Of a stretch of DNA of 64,000 nucleotides, positions 18,634 through 27,703 are shown in pieces. A model generated the notes under the pieces. It saw only the letters and a program-made list of their open reading frames with translations. It searched no databases and was not told the DNA's origin. The stretch is from Escherichia phage UE-S1, in the sequence record ON568341.1; one strand, given 5' to 3'. Both the position numbers and the translations under genes were made by a program. How positions within the stretch are numbered: position 1 is the stretch's first letter; every line of letters begins with the position of its first letter.

Positions 18634-20775
18634 TTATGGTAGGGTTATATACGTTACTGGCTGGGCAGCTTTTAATGATGCACCAGCGGCAGTTGCTGTT
18701 ATGATGGGATCTGCAATATCAATTCTATATACATTATTAACAACATATACTGCACGAGTTATATACGTTTTCAAATCATCACCATTTTCCCCAGCACCAG
18801 ATATAATGATCTCAGTACCAGCCGCTTTTGCATATTGGTTATCACCCCATGACACACCCAATGCTTCTATATACGTTTGTCCTACTGTCGTTTGTCTAAT
18901 TGTGTCATATTTTCCAAAAAATGAACCACCCACTGTTACAATATATTTTCCACCAGATTTTTTATGTATAATCGTCCCTTCTGGGAAGTATCTTCCTCCA
19001 GGAAAAGTATCATATGGAATATAATATTGCTCAACTACAGGTATTAGTACTGGACCACGGTGACCAGTACCGTCAATTGCAGTTGTTACTTTGAAATTAT
19101 TAGATGATTGATCGATTCTATCTACGTACATTTTAGAAAAACTATATTTTGAAACATTACAATCATCTTGAACAACACAGTTAGTCCAATTAGTATAAGT
19201 ATATTTAGAGCGAGTATACATACCCCCACCTTCACCTTCAGTGGAAAGGTGTTGTCCTATGACATCTAATTCTTTTGTTCTGATATCACTAAATTTAGAT
19301 GAAGATGGTAGACCACGCCAAAGAATTTTAGAACAAGTAATATTACTTAATTCTGTACTATTCAACCAATTATCCGATCCAGAAGTATAAACGATTACGG
19401 AAGACTCTGGTATATAGAGATTGGATATTTTAAAGTTTCTAGGTGGACCAGCAAATCGACCACCAGTTACACCCCAGTTAATAGATACCATACGGTTTGT
19501 GACTGTAGGATCATTAAGTAAATGTCCGGTTAAACCATCAATTACAAACTCTTTTGAACCATAAGTTATTACACCAGCAGTTGTTAACCCAGTACCAACG
19601 GAAATTAAAGATGATGGGTACACCTCATTATCAAGTATTTTGAAATCCATTCCCAATTCGACATGGATACATTGTCTAACATTATAAAGTCTATTATTCT
19701 TAATAACAAAGTTTCTAACATATTGTGTATCAGGGGCATCCAAATCATAAGGACCAGACCCAGCAACACCAATACCAATACCCCAGTTTGAAAGCGGGAT
19801 TGGTGCATCAGAACCATCAACATTTTCAATTATATTACCTTCAATTACAAAACCATCAGGATAATGTGAGTTAATAACGTTCAATTCAATTGCATCCCCG
19901 TAGATATCATGAATGTGGTTGTATGAATAACGACCAACCTTCATTTTCTCACCAGTTCCTTGTTGGAGAACGCCATATTTACATTTAGTCATTTCATTAA
20001 AGCAAAAATCTATTGTGCCAGATTGGGTCATACCTTGCATTAAGAACGCAGCAGTACTGGTAATGTTAATAAATTTATTAAAATAAAATTTACCATCCCC
20101 GCCAAAGAATTTCAAATAACAGCCAGTAAGTGTGGTGAATTGAATTTGTGAATTAATAACGGATATCATAGTTCCACCATTACCCGTAATAGTGCCACCA
20201 AACCAAGTTACATCTTCCAAATATACTGCTTTTTTGATACGATAATTACCACCTGCTTGAATTTGTATTTTATTTTCTTTTGCATAAGTTGCACACAAAT
20301 TTACAGCTTCAGTGTCATCGGTTTCCCCATCACCTTTCGCACCAAATTCTTCTGGTGTTATATAGAACTGTGCTTGTTGAACTGTACCGCCAGTAACAAG
20401 GCCAATGAAATCACCACCATTTTTACTTGATAGTGCTTTTTTATTAATGTAGAGTGATTTAATCCAAGTACCATTAGTTTTTACGAAGATATCAACAATA
20501 CCATCTTCATCAATTTGAAAATAAGTATTATTATTTTTTCCAATATCATCTGACGGTGATTGAACACCAAATAATGCATTTGGATTATCTTCAAGGTATC
20601 TAATATTAACTGCTGAATCTTGGTCTGATGGTGTTCCTACTTTTAGTGGTAGAAACTTTTCACCTAGATAATCTTTTATCGATACGGAATCATTGACGAA
20701 ATTTATCGAAGCACCATTTTTACCCAATATCATTTTTGGTTTCATGGTCCCTTCAAAATTAGAAAATACTGCCAT
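18634..20775 (-). CDS. Tailspike-like protein with pectate-lyase-type beta-helix signature (possible depolymerase); start moved to the internal ATG
   Basis: EEFGAKGDGETDDTEAVN motif; ATG at 20775 preceded by AAGGGGGGTG; the track N-terminal extension would overlap the upstream gene. Confidence 0.6.
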   Translation of the reverse strand: MAVFSNFEGTMKPKMILGKNGASINFVNDSVSIKDYLGEKFLPLKVGTPSDQDSAVNIRYLEDNPNALFGVQSPSDDIGKNNNTYFQIDEDGIVDIFVKTNGTWIKSLYINKKALSSKNGGDFIGLVTGGTVQQAQFYITPEEFGAKGDGETDDTEAVNLCATYAKENKIQIQAGGNYRIKKAVYLEDVTWFGGTITGNGGTMISVINSQIQFTTLTGCYLKFFGGDGKFYFNKFINITSTAAFLMQGMTQSGTIDFCFNEMTKCKYGVLQQGTGEKMKVGRYSYNHIHDIYGDAIELNVINSHYPDGFVIEGNIIENVDGSDAPIPLSNWGIGIGVAGSGPYDLDAPDTQYVRNFVIKNNRLYNVRQCIHVELGMDFKILDNEVYPSSLISVGTGLTTAGVITYGSKEFVIDGLTGHLLNDPTVTNRMVSINWGVTGGRFAGPPRNFKISNLYIPESSVIVYTSGSDNWLNSTELSNITCSKILWRGLPSSSKFSDIRTKELDVIGQHLSTEGEGGGMYTRSKYTYTNWTNCVVQDDCNVSKYSFSKMYVDRIDQSSNNFKVTTAIDGTGHRGPVLIPVVEQYYIPYDTFPGGRYFPEGTIIHKKSGGKYIVTVGGSFFGKYDTIRQTTVGQTYIEALGVSWGDNQYAKAAGTEIIISGAGENGDDLKTYITRAVYVVNNVYRIDIADPIITATAAGASLKAAQPVTYITLP

Positions 20776-20788
20776 TATGACACCCCCC

Positions 20789-21916
20789 TTAAATATTATC
20801 TTGAATAGGTTGGACCGGAGCTTGCCATGAAAGAGTACAAATAATTTCCATTTTACCATAAGGACTATTATTAACTGAATCATTGAATACACATGAAATA
20901 ATTTCATCTACATCTGAAACTTCATGATTTGTTTCATTAACAATAAAACGCATCTGGTGATTAATATCAAAGTAGGATGTTGGTGCAATGACAGTACCAC
21001 CAATATTTTCGTTTGCTTCACCACCGAAACGAACAAACATATCGGTTACTGGAATGGAGTAAGGTTGAAGAATATTTACATCAATATTTGAAACCACATA
21101 ACCAGCAGGACAAGTTCCTATAACCAATAGTGCGTTTGTCCATGAATGGTCAATGATATTTCTTATAGAAATTGTATCTTTACCTGGTGCACCCGGTTCA
21201 CCTTGCTTACCTTGAATACCTTGTGGACCTTCTTTACCACGGAATAAAATACCACTACTCCATTCTTTTGATGGTGGGGTGGTAGTTGTTACTTCATCTA
21301 CATAATAAAGTTTACCATCAGTGTTGTTATAGAAACAATAATCAACTGGGAGGTTTTCTATGCTTGGAAATTGATCACCACTACCGTCAATATGGAAACG
21401 ACCACGTGGACCTTGCTCGCCACGGAAAGGAATACCATCACTCCATGTTGCTGTTACTTTTTGATAAAAATATAATTTACCATCTTGTGTATTGTAAAAT
21501 GTATAGTTATCAAAAAGACCAGAACTTGGAAAATTAGTTCCCGCACTATCGATATGAAAAGGCTTACCAGCTTCACCAGTATCACCTTTACCAAATTCTA
21601 CACTAATCCATGTACTGGTTTGTTCTTGTGCATCATTTGATTTAAAATACAAAGTACTTGTGTTATTTGCCAAGCTAAGGTAGCACCAACCAAGTGGTTC
21701 ACCAACTTTGAATTTATCAGACGGAACTTCAAAACCAATCTCGTTTGGATAAAAGTTCTTACCGTTTTCACCATTTTGTCCTACAACAAGACCTAAATCT
21801 TGAATTGTATTATCGGTATAGGTTACAATTAAATGACCAGCAGCATTAATAACTAGACTTTTGATGCCGGAGTTATTACATGAACCACTGGACCCATTGT
21901 TAAATGAAATTGTCAT
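20789..21916 (-). CDS. Collagen-like repeat-containing tail fibre protein
   Basis: Gly-X-Y triplet runs (GQNGENGKN; GEQGPRGR; GKEGPQGIQGKQGEPGAPGKD). Confidence 0.6.
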   Translation of the reverse strand: MTISFNNGSSGSCNNSGIKSLVINAAGHLIVTYTDNTIQDLGLVVGQNGENGKNFYPNEIGFEVPSDKFKVGEPLGWCYLSLANNTSTLYFKSNDAQEQTSTWISVEFGKGDTGEAGKPFHIDSAGTNFPSSGLFDNYTFYNTQDGKLYFYQKVTATWSDGIPFRGEQGPRGRFHIDGSGDQFPSIENLPVDYCFYNNTDGKLYYVDEVTTTTPPSKEWSSGILFRGKEGPQGIQGKQGEPGAPGKDTISIRNIIDHSWTNALLVIGTCPAGYVVSNIDVNILQPYSIPVTDMFVRFGGEANENIGGTVIAPTSYFDINHQMRFIVNETNHEVSDVDEIISCVFNDSVNNSPYGKMEIICTLSWQAPVQPIQDNI

Positions 21917-22025
21917 ATTATTTCCCTTTTATGAGTTAATGTCATATACCAATATTTATCAGTACAAAATACATTTCGTCGCCATTAATAAATAAATGAA
22001 AGTTCACTACTAAAAGGGCTTAACA

Positions 22026-22523
22026 ATGGCATTAAGATCAAAAAACTTTCTTTTTAAAAGAAAAACAAAAGATGGTTCATGGCAAGATTTTCCTGAATCC
22101 GATAGTTGGTATCCAGCTAATTTGGATTATCTTTGGAATGAACAAACATTACCACTGGCAAGTGGTGGCTACTATGGTAGCACTACTGGGTTGCATACCA
22201 TTTCATTTACACTACGTAATTTTATTGGTAGAATTTATGTATTAGCAACATTAGCTAGTAATCCGACTGACGATGATTGGTTCCCAATTAAATTCACTGA
22301 AAGTTGTAAATATTATCTTGAATTTACTGATATGGTTATTTTAAATCCAAACGGCGGTGATTTAATTAGACAACAAGGAACTACCGGAACATTTGCAGAA
22401 ACAGTGACAGGCAACTTTACATATATTAAAGTTGGTATTGATCGTGATTATATTAGTAAGTACCCGTCTGATGTACAAAAAAGTTTAGCGGGTAAGTTAG
22501 AACAAATTTTAATTAACTACTAA
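22026..22523 (+). CDS. Hypothetical protein
   Basis: 165-aa ORF; first of three co-oriented plus-strand genes. Confidence 0.45.
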   Translation: MALRSKNFLFKRKTKDGSWQDFPESDSWYPANLDYLWNEQTLPLASGGYYGSTTGLHTISFTLRNFIGRIYVLATLASNPTDDDWFPIKFTESCKYYLEFTDMVILNPNGGDLIRQQGTTGTFAETVTGNFTYIKVGIDRDYISKYPSDVQKSLAGKLEQILINY

Positions 22524-22532
22524 GGATTAGAA

Positions 22533-23141
22533 ATGAAATTAGAAGCAGAACAACCAAAACTATTCGTTAAAGGTCATGTACTAATTACCGACGTTACTGA
22601 TCCATCAAATCAAAAGGTCGTTTTAGATAAATCTAACGCTATTCACCCAGAAAATATGAGTACTGCAATTGCTAATGCGTTAGCATATAATCAAGATAGC
22701 ACAAGTATTCCTATTGGTTCGATTAGCGAGATGCGTTTTGGTAATGGTGGTACGGTAGTGTTAAGTACTGGTCGTGTCACTTACAAAAAACCACGTGTCA
22801 CTTCATTTGGTGGTTTGTATTCACAAACATATTTGAAAAAAATTAACCCTAGAATCACCGCTGGCATTGATTCACAATATAATAATATAACAACCGTGCA
22901 TATCCCAGGACAATCATATACGGACATTGTGTGCATTTGTACTCTTGGTTTAGGTGAACCATCAGACCAAGGTGTAAGTTCAGGTACAAGTATGGATGGA
23001 ACTTATGTATTTGACGAATTGGGTCTATATACTGATGGTGATAGCGGTATTCCGTTGACACATATCATTTTTCACCCAGTTGAGAAAAGTGCAAATCGTG
23101 TGTTGCAAATTAAATACACAGTTCGTGTACAACTACAATAA
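22533..23141 (+). CDS. Hypothetical protein
   Basis: 202-aa ORF with AAGGA ribosome-binding site. Confidence 0.5.
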   Translation: MKLEAEQPKLFVKGHVLITDVTDPSNQKVVLDKSNAIHPENMSTAIANALAYNQDSTSIPIGSISEMRFGNGGTVVLSTGRVTYKKPRVTSFGGLYSQTYLKKINPRITAGIDSQYNNITTVHIPGQSYTDIVCICTLGLGEPSDQGVSSGTSMDGTYVFDELGLYTDGDSGIPLTHIIFHPVEKSANRVLQIKYTVRVQLQ

Positions 23142-23153
23142 TGGGGTCAAATA

Positions 23154-24254
23154 ATGAGTGTAAGTTATACAATTTATAGAAGTAATGGTAGTGTTTATGC
23201 TACTATTCCAAATAATGTTATTCTGGGACCAAATCAACCAGGAAGCAACCCAGTTCCGTTAAATTTCGTTGGTAGGAATAAAGTAAGTTATGGACAAGCA
23301 TGGAATGAAAACTTTTTACATTTAGTTGAGAATTTCAGTTCAGCTTCTGCTCCACGCGGGAACGTCAATGGACAACTTTGGTACAGAAATGCTGGCAGTA
23401 CTGGCGAATTGTTGATATCATTGGTAGATAATGCCAGACAACCATCAGATATTGTAAGTGAAGCTGAGTGGGCTTCTATTCCCATGATTACAGTGTTCAA
23501 TACTGTACCTGACGGTGAAAATAGCGTCATGGGTCGCATGGTATTAACTAGTAATGGTGATTCACTTCGTGTATTAATGAAAAATAAAGAATGGCGTGAA
23601 ATTCAAACATCACGCCCAGAGAACAAAGAATATACATCATTATTGGATATTAACTATGACGATGGAAAAAAATACATTGAGTTCACACAAAATAATAGTA
23701 CCAAACCCATCGCATATTTTAACTTAGGTGGTACTTCACAAGTAGATACCAATAACTGGACAACCTTAACTAATGGTACTGGTGTATTTGAATTCGGTAG
23801 TAACTATTTTTATGAATTGAAAATTATGATTAGAGAGGTAAACGATTCATCTGGTGAAATTGTCTCAGTTCCATACAACTCAAAAACATTTTTTATTAAA
23901 GGACAATTTTATGTAGATAATCAAGGAACTTTTGTTCCTGGTTCAGTGGGGGCAAGCCAAATGCCAGATCCACGTAGAATTACTCAGCTAGAATCAATCA
24001 AGGACGTTATCACCAGTAGTCGTCAAAACTGGGATGTGAATATTGTTATTAATGGTGTAGATCCATCTCTACCTAATCCTAATGGTACATCCAAAGCAGA
24101 CTATGAAAGCTGGGTTATCAACTCACTAAACTCAAATAAAAACTTAGGTTTTCGAGTAGATGGAAGCATTGGTAATCTTTCTCCAGGTGAATCTGTGAAG
24201 CTACAAGCATCAGTACTATTAAATATTACAGGTATTCCAATTATTGGTGTATAA
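23154..24254 (+). CDS. Hypothetical protein
   Basis: 366-aa ORF, Asn/Ser/Gly-rich, tightly packed after the previous gene. Confidence 0.5.
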   Translation: MSVSYTIYRSNGSVYATIPNNVILGPNQPGSNPVPLNFVGRNKVSYGQAWNENFLHLVENFSSASAPRGNVNGQLWYRNAGSTGELLISLVDNARQPSDIVSEAEWASIPMITVFNTVPDGENSVMGRMVLTSNGDSLRVLMKNKEWREIQTSRPENKEYTSLLDINYDDGKKYIEFTQNNSTKPIAYFNLGGTSQVDTNNWTTLTNGTGVFEFGSNYFYELKIMIREVNDSSGEIVSVPYNSKTFFIKGQFYVDNQGTFVPGSVGASQMPDPRRITQLESIKDVITSSRQNWDVNIVINGVDPSLPNPNGTSKADYESWVINSLNSNKNLGFRVDGSIGNLSPGESVKLQASVLLNITGIPIIGV

Positions 24255-24284
24255 AAAAAAAGGAGCCAAGTGGCTCCTTTTTTA
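24253..24284. terminator. Bidirectional rho-independent terminator between convergent genes
   Basis: A8, AGGAGCC-aagt-GGCTCCT hairpin, T6. Confidence 0.65.
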
Positions 24285-24746
24285 ATATCTATATGGTAAA
24301 CTATTGACAAACTGAGTACCTTCACGTATACTTTCCCATAATGAGTAAAAATCTTTCATTAAGTTGGTGTTAAGTAATGTGTTTTTAGCTCCTGGGTGTA
24401 ATGGTTTAGGCCACGAACCAATTTTAACCCATGCATAACCAGAGCTTTCATGATTTAAAATTGGTATAAATTCATTTTCAACCACAATAACAAATGAATA
24501 ATATTTAAATTTTCCATTTTTTGTGCAAAATACATCAAACGGTATAATATCAATAATATCTGGTATTGAGTCACCTAACTCTTCTTTAATTTCTCTCATC
24601 AAACCTTGTAATGGTGTTTCGTTATGTTCAAGCTTTCCACCAACAAATGCCCAGTTGTTAGAATAGGTACTTCTTTCAGAACGCAAGTTTAACATCATAT
24701 GTCCAGTACTTTTTGATAAAAAAATAGCACCAACAGCTTCATTCAT
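24282..24746 (-). CDS. Nudix hydrolase
   Basis: Nudix box GGKLEHNETPLQGLMREIKEELG (Gx5Ex7REUxEExGU pattern). Confidence 0.8.
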   Translation of the reverse strand: MNEAVGAIFLSKSTGHMMLNLRSERSTYSNNWAFVGGKLEHNETPLQGLMREIKEELGDSIPDIIDIIPFDVFCTKNGKFKYYSFVIVVENEFIPILNHESSGYAWVKIGSWPKPLHPGAKNTLLNTNLMKDFYSLWESIREGTQFVNSLPYRY

Positions 24747-24758
24747 AACAACACCTCC

Positions 24759-26102
24759 TTATTTGTCAGTGAAAGTTATTTTCCAATATCCTTGTCGATA
24801 AACAGGCATAATACTCTTATGCCATTTAAATTTGTCATTATACCTATAATAACCATTATCTTCTTTATTATAAATGTAGTTACGTACAGATGATGGGTCA
24901 ATTAACTCAACACCATCGTTTGTAATTTTAAACATATAATTTGAAGGAATTTCGGTTTCTTTATAAATGATGTTATGTATACTGTTATTTACATAATATT
25001 GTTCCGGTATTGCATCGAAAAGAACTGAACCTTTCTGTACAAAACCGTGTATCGTATAATCGACAGTATAGTTACTATTATCAAGCTGTACAATAATTTT
25101 GTTAGCATCTTCATTTTCACCATATGAAGATATATAGCCTTTAAGTGGGTTGTCTTCTTCGATTGACTGTTGAAATTTAATACCTACTTTTTTGTCATCA
25201 AAATTTGGTTCTAAATATTTAAGATATTTTTCCCATGAATATATACCACCATTAGGCGAAACATCAGATAATGATTGACTGACTAAAGTTAGCTGATATG
25301 TATCTGGCAAATTATATAAAGAATTAGTTATTTCTTCAACTTTAATACATAAATTTTTGGGTGTAAAAACATCAGTAATTATATCAGTATAGTCACCCAT
25401 TTCAATATCAAATTCGTCACGAGCACCTTTAATGTTAGTAGTAATTTGTTGAATTAGTTTTGGCTTTTCAACAATAGCTGGCAAAGAAAACCATATTGTT
25501 GTTTCAAATGTTAATACCATTATATCTAAATCTTGGTCAGTACCTTGTGGAAAACCACGCGTGGTGAACTGACAATCAATTAATTCAACATCACTAAGTG
25601 ATGTCCAGTCCAATGGATTATCTGATAATTGAAGCTGGATGCTTGGTGCAAATAAAGTAGAGATTTGCTCGAATAATTCCATTTTTGTTTGAATTTGAGT
25701 TACCCAAATGTTCAAATCAAATGTAAAAGTCCAAGGTACAGGGTTGTGTCTTACAATTTTATACTGTGTGTCAAGTTCCTTTTTATATTCATTAATGGCA
25801 GGAGACTTGTTCGTCCCCATCACTAAAGTTTCATTTGCATTAGAGCGTACACTCTTGCGATCCAACTTTAGTTGGTTAACACTTATTGTCATAATAGGTG
25901 CTGATGGTAAAACATTTTCACTATTCCCATTAATAATTGCTGCTGCCATTCTTGAAATATCAGCATAACGACATGGAACTTTTTTATATTTTGGGTTCCC
26001 ATCAGCATCAACGCCATTTTGCACTTGAAATTCACCAAAAACTCTGATAAGATGTTTCAGTACTCTGCGAAATTGACCGTCATAATAATAATCTATCTTC
26101 AT
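24759..26102 (-). CDS. Hypothetical virion or structural protein
   Basis: 447-aa ORF; start overlaps the upstream stop (ATGA), suggesting translational coupling. Confidence 0.5.
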   Translation of the reverse strand: MKIDYYYDGQFRRVLKHLIRVFGEFQVQNGVDADGNPKYKKVPCRYADISRMAAAIINGNSENVLPSAPIMTISVNQLKLDRKSVRSNANETLVMGTNKSPAINEYKKELDTQYKIVRHNPVPWTFTFDLNIWVTQIQTKMELFEQISTLFAPSIQLQLSDNPLDWTSLSDVELIDCQFTTRGFPQGTDQDLDIMVLTFETTIWFSLPAIVEKPKLIQQITTNIKGARDEFDIEMGDYTDIITDVFTPKNLCIKVEEITNSLYNLPDTYQLTLVSQSLSDVSPNGGIYSWEKYLKYLEPNFDDKKVGIKFQQSIEEDNPLKGYISSYGENEDANKIIVQLDNSNYTVDYTIHGFVQKGSVLFDAIPEQYYVNNSIHNIIYKETEIPSNYMFKITNDGVELIDPSSVRNYIYNKEDNGYYRYNDKFKWHKSIMPVYRQGYWKITFTDK

Positions 26103-27604
26103 TCTGTATCCTTATGTATACGATATGCAGTATTTGGTTTAACTGCGTCATGTAATGGAACTTTATTATCACTATTTACAAACTTAGTAAGTGCTAAATC
26201 TGCACCTTCCCATGGTTTTCTGCCACCATAATCAAAAATAACCCATGAATTCTTTGTTGCATTGAATTCCCATAGTGTGACTGGTGTATAATCGGTGCGA
26301 TAAAAATAATCCCCATCAACTGCGTCCGTAGGGAACATAGTTCCTTCTGGTACAGTTCCCCTGGCGGGTGGAATTTTCGGTCGATAATCCTGTTGGGCAT
26401 CAATATTTCCATATACACTATTTGATGTGAATGGCTCATTGACATAGGTTACTTTTGGTTCACCCCATCTATCGTCATTGTACTGAAAAATATGCGGTTC
26501 TTTATAAAAAATACAAAAATCTTCAATATCTTGCGGTGGAATATCACTTGTAGTGTATTCTACATCACAATTTAGCCATTTTTTAGCACTTTTGTCATAC
26601 TGATACAACGTATACCCGGTCACATCTGCATCATTTTCTTTAAAGAAGAAATCCCCATCCATTGGTTTTTTTGGAAAAATGGTTCCACGCTTGACTTCCA
26701 GTGAAATCCATGTATCATTGTCATACTCTTTAAGTACTGGGTACGTTTTTTTCAAAAAATACATACCATTAGCAGGTTCTTCTGGAAAATCGTAACCGTT
26801 GAGCATATATTTAGATAAATCTACGGTGTCGCGGCGGTCATCATACAAATGCTCGTTCGTATAATGGATATAAGGTACTTCATCATCAGCTTGCATGATA
26901 ATACGGTTCATAATATCCATTTCATTACTATAGTTACTGTTTTCGGACGTACCATCAGTAGTGTTTCCATTACCATTATTTGGATCATTTGGGTTATCTG
27001 GGTAATTATTGTTTCCCAGCAAGTCAGAGTACTCAGGTGAATCAGTTAGTGGTTTCACTCGAAGTTTGTAAATGTGGTGTTGCCACGTCACAGAGTAACC
27101 TTCGGCTGTACGAAATGCATCTTGTACCACATAGAAGCGATTTAGTCCAGAATCTTTACCAAGTACATCATAATCACGTAAATTTGGCAGTTCTATCACA
27201 TCACCAGGCATGATTTTCCTGCCTAATCGTTGCATCATCGTATTGTAATGAATTGTGATGTCCATTGTATTAAAATTAAAGAACAATCCTGGGATTTTCA
27301 AGTCAGGAGTTGCTTCTTGGACTTGATAAACACAACTAAGTGTGATTGCTTCAAGGTTGTAGCTTCGATTTGGCGTGTCTCCAAAAATTAAATCACCAAT
27401 ACTTGACACAACCGTACCAGAAGATGTATAATCACCACCATATGATAAGTCATTGGTATCAGCAACTGGTTTTGGACCGACATAAGCGTAAAGCCACATG
27501 TCAACTCCACCAATATTGTATTGTTCGGCAATGGCAGAGTCAATGAACTTGTAATCATTTGTTCTACCTTTTTTCCACATTCTATATGTCATATTTGTCT
27601 CCAA
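26099..27604 (-). CDS. Hypothetical virion or structural protein
   Basis: 501-aa ORF; Asn/Asp/Gly/Tyr-rich. Confidence 0.5.
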   Translation of the reverse strand: METNMTYRMWKKGRTNDYKFIDSAIAEQYNIGGVDMWLYAYVGPKPVADTNDLSYGGDYTSSGTVVSSIGDLIFGDTPNRSYNLEAITLSCVYQVQEATPDLKIPGLFFNFNTMDITIHYNTMMQRLGRKIMPGDVIELPNLRDYDVLGKDSGLNRFYVVQDAFRTAEGYSVTWQHHIYKLRVKPLTDSPEYSDLLGNNNYPDNPNDPNNGNGNTTDGTSENSNYSNEMDIMNRIIMQADDEVPYIHYTNEHLYDDRRDTVDLSKYMLNGYDFPEEPANGMYFLKKTYPVLKEYDNDTWISLEVKRGTIFPKKPMDGDFFFKENDADVTGYTLYQYDKSAKKWLNCDVEYTTSDIPPQDIEDFCIFYKEPHIFQYNDDRWGEPKVTYVNEPFTSNSVYGNIDAQQDYRPKIPPARGTVPEGTMFPTDAVDGDYFYRTDYTPVTLWEFNATKNSWVIFDYGGRKPWEGADLALTKFVNSDNKVPLHDAVKPNTAYRIHKDTE

Positions 27605-27634
27605 AATAATTCGGGTATATCTTTATTTACCATG

Positions 27635-27662
27635 TAGACAAACCATAAGAATGTGATATAAT
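27635..27662 (+). promoter_or_regulatory. Sigma70-type promoter: TAGACA, 16-nt spacer, TGaTATAAT
   Basis: Same ATGTGATATAAT motif as the promoters at 2602 and 2695; about 40 nt upstream of the ClpA-like start. Confidence 0.5.
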
Positions 27663-27703
27663 GTTTATTAATTAGAGTGACGGTGAATCACATAGGAGAA
27701 TAC

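Noticed and set aside
18634-20907. N-terminal extension of the tailspike ORF up to 20907 (MKLFHVYSMIQLIIVLMV...)
   Set aside because: It would overlap the 3' end of the upstream collagen-like gene; the internal ATG at 20775 has a strong AAGGGGGGTG ribosome-binding site and yields an N-terminus matching the paralogue at 17718-18617
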